A DNA stretch of 64,000 bases from Neoconidiobolus thromboides FSU 785 (Eukaryota; Fungi; Entomophthoromycota): the NCBI GenBank assembly GCA_025603075.1, contig MU626375.1, forward strand, positions 1,868 through 65,867. Reading direction: 5' to 3'. The notes under the pieces were generated by a model that was not told the origin of the DNA, did no database searches, and was given only the letters and a program-made list of their open reading frames with translations. Below, in pieces: positions 59,776 through 64,000 of this stretch. The position numbers and the translations under genes were made by a program. Every line of letters begins with the position of its first letter. Within the stretch, counting starts at the first letter, position 1.

Positions 59776-60099
59776 TGATTTTATAGACTATATTTTTAGT
59801 AGTTTACAAGTTCCATAAAAATTCTGAATTTTGTAAAATTTAAAATAGATGTTCTTCTTTTTGTATAATTTGCCAAAGCTAAAAATGGCTATTAACTTTA
59901 GAAAAATATTCTTATCAAACGTTATTCGTAAACTAAGTAACAGTGTGAAGCACTAATTCCCTTAACATTTTAATATATACTACAACTATTATCAAAAGTT
60001 ATAAATTTAATAGAAAAAAATGAATAATAACATAACTTAAAGAATTAGGCAAACAACAATTTTAGTTCTCATTCATTCTAAAAATAAATAATGGACTTT

Positions 60100-60831
60100 T
60101 CATGATAAATCCTCTATAAGTAACTCTAACTCGCTATCAAAATGTGCCAAATAATCATCATAATAGATTAAAAAATGATTCTTAATATCATTCAACTGCT
60201 GCTTTTGACCCGCATATGTTGTAAGCCAATACCTTGTGCTAAATTGAATAAATAAAGTTTTAAAATTTACACTCAAGCGCAAAATTTTCATAAAATAAAA
60301 TTACCTTTTTTCGATATAGCCAACTCGAATCATATTAGAATATTCTTCAGCTGAGGAAGGTAAAGAGCCTGGGTAATCCAAAATCTTAGCAAGTATATTT
60401 TCTTGAATTGTTTCTGTTTTATTTTCTTCAAAATATTCTTTAACTAAGTGATATAACTCATGTCTTGTGTTTACAATTAAATAGCATCCTGATAAATTGA
60501 TTTCCACGGATTTTATGTTATCTTTTATTTTTATTATCTTTACATTAGAATCATCACCTATTTCTTCTAACCAGCTAAGGCATACATCTTTAATATAACT
60601 GTTTAAAATATCCAACTCCTTCGGTAAATGCTCAATTAAAACACAACATTTTGATCCTAGTAATAAAAACCCTAACTCACCGTATAAGTGTAACTCAGAG
60701 ATATCGACACGGTTGTTATCAGTTAAAAGGCGGTTTTGGTTACTTTTCAAATTTTGAAACCATTTCTTCTCTAGCGCCTTATAAAAGTTATACATTTTAA
60801 ATATATGTTTGTTGTTAGTAATTTTACTCAT
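60100..60831 (-). CDS. Uncharacterised protein; exons 60831-60305 and 60238-60100
   Basis: 66-nt GTAATT...ATTTAG intron joins the two track ORFs in frame. Confidence 0.7.
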
Positions 60832-61143
60832 TTTATATTCTATAATTCTATTAAACCAGATTATCTTATAACAAGGTCTCTAGGATTCTTATTTTAATGT
60901 TTTGCTTTTTATTGAGTAATGATTATTCATTCATATTAAGCCAATAAGATCAATTCAAAATACTATGCAAAAAAAATCCCTGGATAACTAAACCCAGGCA
61001 TAACTCTGGTGTACCAATTAAATTCAACCTGTATTGCATTGCTTAACATAATTGATTAGCCTCAAGTTACCAAGCCAAAGTAACCACTATAAACAATAAT
61101 TATAAAAGCAAAACAATTTGCTTAATAATTTATAGTACAAAAG

Positions 61144-61492
61144 ATGAGTTCCTTTTATGATGAAGTAGAAATCGAAGATATGGACTTTGATGAGGAGTCA
61201 AATATTTATCACTACCCTTGCCCATGCGGTGATAGATTCGAAATTTCATTGGTAGTTATATTCATTTGTAAGATTAGCATAACTGACTTTTTTTTAGGAA
61301 GAATTAAGGGACGGTGAAGACGTTGGTAGATGTCCATCTTGTTCTTTAATTATAAGAGTTATCTTTGACCCAGTAAGTTGTTTTTATATATCAAGAATGT
61401 CACTAATATCATTTAAGGACGAATTTATGGATAATAATGAAGAAGATAAAGAAAATTTAGCTGTATCTTTAGACACTCCTATCCAAGTTTAA
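61144..61492 (+). CDS. DPH3: Diphthamide biosynthesis CSL zinc-finger protein; exons 61144-61251, 61298-61372, 61418-61492
   Basis: [13 protein letters not shown]...[11 protein letters not shown]...[13 protein letters not shown]. Confidence 0.95.
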
Positions 61493-61684
61493 AAATATAT
61501 TTAAAGTAAGAAATGAAAGCAAATTAAGCTTATATTTTCTTATTACATTGTTGATGGCTTTATTAAATAGAATTGCTTTATTCTCCTAATATTTTTAAAT
61601 AAATAGAGTAAATTTAAATTTATGGCGATATATTTAATTAAATAGCAGACTTTATTTTAAAAAGCAGTATTATGTAAATATCGT

Positions 61685-62221
61685 TTACTTCGCAGCTGGT
61701 GGGTGAGTAGGTTGATTTGAGTCAACATTAGTATTATCTGCATTTAGTAACCAGGATAACTGTAAGTTTAAGTAAGAGCGAAAGCTAGTCCATAAGAAAT
61801 ATGGAATAAAATACAATAAAGCAGTTGTATCAATAGTACCGAAAAAAAACAAAGCAATCAGGTTAGCTATCCAAAGCCCAGCCATGCTGATCAACGGGAT
61901 AGGAGAAGCATTTGCCCCAATATATGTCAAAGACCAAATCGAATCCAACAATAGTTGAATGTTGAATAAATAACCTAATAGCTCATAGAAGTAACTATCT
62001 TTGTCATAATTCATCTTTACTATATAGTATGCGTAACCATACAGCGAACTGCTTATTATTGAAAGCAAAGTAAAATACCTCTCATTCAAGTGCCTTTTAG
62101 GGTTTCTTAATCGCTTGTACCAACTTTTACTGCTTAATTGACTATATTGATAACTAGCTATTACACTAACCATCAGTGGCCCCCAAACGCTCTGATATAA
62201 ATTTTCGTCGTAAATATACAT
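61685..62221 (-). CDS. TspO/MBR (translocator protein) family, divergent
   Basis: WYKRLRNP, QLLLDSIWS, PYFLWTSF..YLN; about 5 TM segments. Confidence 0.8.
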   Translation of the reverse strand: MYIYDENLYQSVWGPLMVSVIASYQYSQLSSKSWYKRLRNPKRHLNERYFTLLSIISSSLYGYAYYIVKMNYDKDSYFYELLGYLFNIQLLLDSIWSLTYIGANASPIPLISMAGLWIANLIALFFFGTIDTTALLYFIPYFLWTSFRSYLNLQLSWLLNADNTNVDSNQPTHPPAAK

Positions 62222-62412
62222 TTTATTTTGTCGATTGTTATTTTGTAAATGTGCTATTTTGGCTTTATTTTATTCTATTTACTTTTCATATCCATCATAA
62301 TTTAATCATAATCAAATCATACCCTTATCATTTTAAACAATTATAAGCAATTTTATATAATTAACTTTTATATAAGATATTTGGGCTTACTAAGCTGCTA
62401 GTTAAGTACATA

Positions 62413-62516
62413 GTGTAGGAATGTTTTTTTGGCTTTATCACTTTTTCTATCTTTTAAGCGCTATTTGAATGAAAAGATTGTTAGTAAAATCCTTAAATAC
62501 AAATACATCTCCATGT
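62413..62516 (-). mobile_element. MITE copy
   Basis: GTGTAGGAATGTTTTTTTGG...ATACATCTCCATGT. Confidence 0.85.
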
Positions 62517-63235
62517 ACTCTTGAAGACATCAAAGGGTATTAAAAATATTTATAAAGCATTAAAGCTAATTGAGACAATTTGATCTCAAAAATGCTATCA
62601 TATTTAGTATTTAAGAGCCATTCACTTTAAATATTATTTATACATTTGATAATTTAAACTTCAGATAATACATCAAATACTCGATTTTAACCGTTAATTA
62701 CTTTGAGTTATGTAAATATAATACTATATCGTGTTTGCATTAAATTTATTATTATTAGCCAGACATTCTATAAACTTCATAATATACAGTCATTTGCTTG
62801 AATTAAAGAAGTGATATAAATTTTACTTTCATAATTAAAATAATTGTTTCTTTAGTTCATTCATTTGACAAAGCAATAATACTATTAAGAAAGCTACAGC
62901 TCTGGATAAAACTCAGTAGATGTTTGAAATTCCTGGAATTGCTTATTAGCATATGGCAACTGAAGTAGTAAAAAAGCTATTAACTATTTGGGAATATACC
63001 AATTATTTGAAATTTGGGATAGTTTCTAAAAGAGATTATCTAATGGTAACGCTATAAAATTATAAAATCATATCTTTAAACGTCTCAAATTTAGCTTTAA
63101 GGCAGTAGTTATAGCTATTTGATATGGTCTATGCTTGTAATACGGGCAAGTAAAAGCTTGGTTAAAATAGGGCTAAAATTTCACTTCACCTCTTTTGTCC
63201 ATTTTCTATATAGCATAAATTCTGAAAAAAATACT

Positions 63236-63268
63236 AAATAAATAATGGATAAAAAAACACCCCCATAG
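63236..63268 (+). mobile_element. Isolated MITE right-end fragment
   Basis: AATAATGGATAAAAAAACACCCCCATA. Confidence 0.5.
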
Positions 63269-63883
63269 ATAATTTTAAGATTGAGTAAAAAACTTATCTC
63301 AGCACCTTATACCTAATTCGTAATTTTAGTTAAAATCTATAGTGGACAAAAATTGAACTAAGCTTTTAAACTAACCCATAAAGTATTTTCTAAGATAATC
63401 TGACTTTTTGGACAGATCAGTTTTTTTGGAGGTATAGAATTATTATAGTTTAACATAGTTATAGAAAAACTGAGCTACTCTTAAATACTAAACATTTTCT
63501 GTTGCAATCAATATATTTCAAATCGATTTTAGCCCAAGAAGTCAAATTACTTTAAAAAGTAACTTATAGCTGATAGTTATATTTTTAAATAATGGCCTGT
63601 TTCTAAAAAATTGACTTCTATTTTTAAAATTCACCCAACTAAAAATCTTGGCTTTAGCTTTATTTTAGTAGTTTAATTTATTTTGAACTAAATAAATAAA
63701 CTTTGTATTATTTATAAATATCATTGTAATATACAACTAAATTGCTTTAAGGTAACAATTATTTATAATTGTTACCTTGTTTTCTTTTAAGACATTTTAA
63801 AAATGATACTTAGGTTGAATTTGTAACTCATAGTATAAATACTTTAATGAAATAATTGTTTTATATTATCAATTAAATCAAAT

Positions 63884-64000
63884 ATGAAATTTATTCAATC
63901 AATTGCTGCTTTATCTTTTGTACTTCCATTTGTAGTGTCTCTTTGTCCTAATCCAAATAGTGAACGTTGTAATAAAGGAAATAGTGGAGTTTATTGCTAT
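63884..64000 (+). CDS. 5' part of a secreted Cys-containing protein, cut by the window end
   Basis: MKFIQSIAALSFVLPFVVSLCPNPNSERCNKGNSGVYCY: signal peptide plus 3 Cys in 39 open codons. Confidence 0.65.
   Translation, partial: MKFIQSIAALSFVLPFVVSLCPNPNSERCNKGNSGVYCY

Noticed and set aside
628-63268. The ~105-bp repeats as a CRISPR array or a tRNA-derived SINE
   Set aside because: They are dispersed in both orientations, have TIRs, have no regular spacers, no Pol III A/B boxes, and contain internal T-runs

Overview
Very AT-rich eukaryotic DNA with short (~45-65 nt) GT-AG introns, Zn(II)2Cys6 regulators and a nuclear tRNA, so this is a fungal genome. The gene style suggests an early-diverging (Entomophthorales/Zoopagomycota-like) fungus; that assignment is inference. 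Intron-containing housekeeping genes (POL3, TRM44, a J-protein, DPH3, an NDUFAF8-like twin-CX9C gene, a histidine acid phosphatase) sit in compact islands. Around them is an accessory compartment with an expanded intronless Zn2Cys6 family (5 intact long genes, 1 mini gene, 1 clear and 1 probable pseudogene), PNS1, an MFS permease, an F-box protein, small secreted Cys-rich proteins and several decayed genes, including a GH25 lysozyme whose four nonsense codons all lie at Trp positions. A ~105-bp TIR element (MITE; ATATGGGG...CCCCATAT) occurs about 25 times. It lies within 250 bp upstream of 6 of 7 Zn-cluster gene starts, in the same relative orientation for all 5 long-family cases. One copy carries a nested 463-bp TGT...ACA insertion with a 4-bp target duplication. 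Spliced gene models were derived by hand; MITE boundaries are approximate to a few bases.
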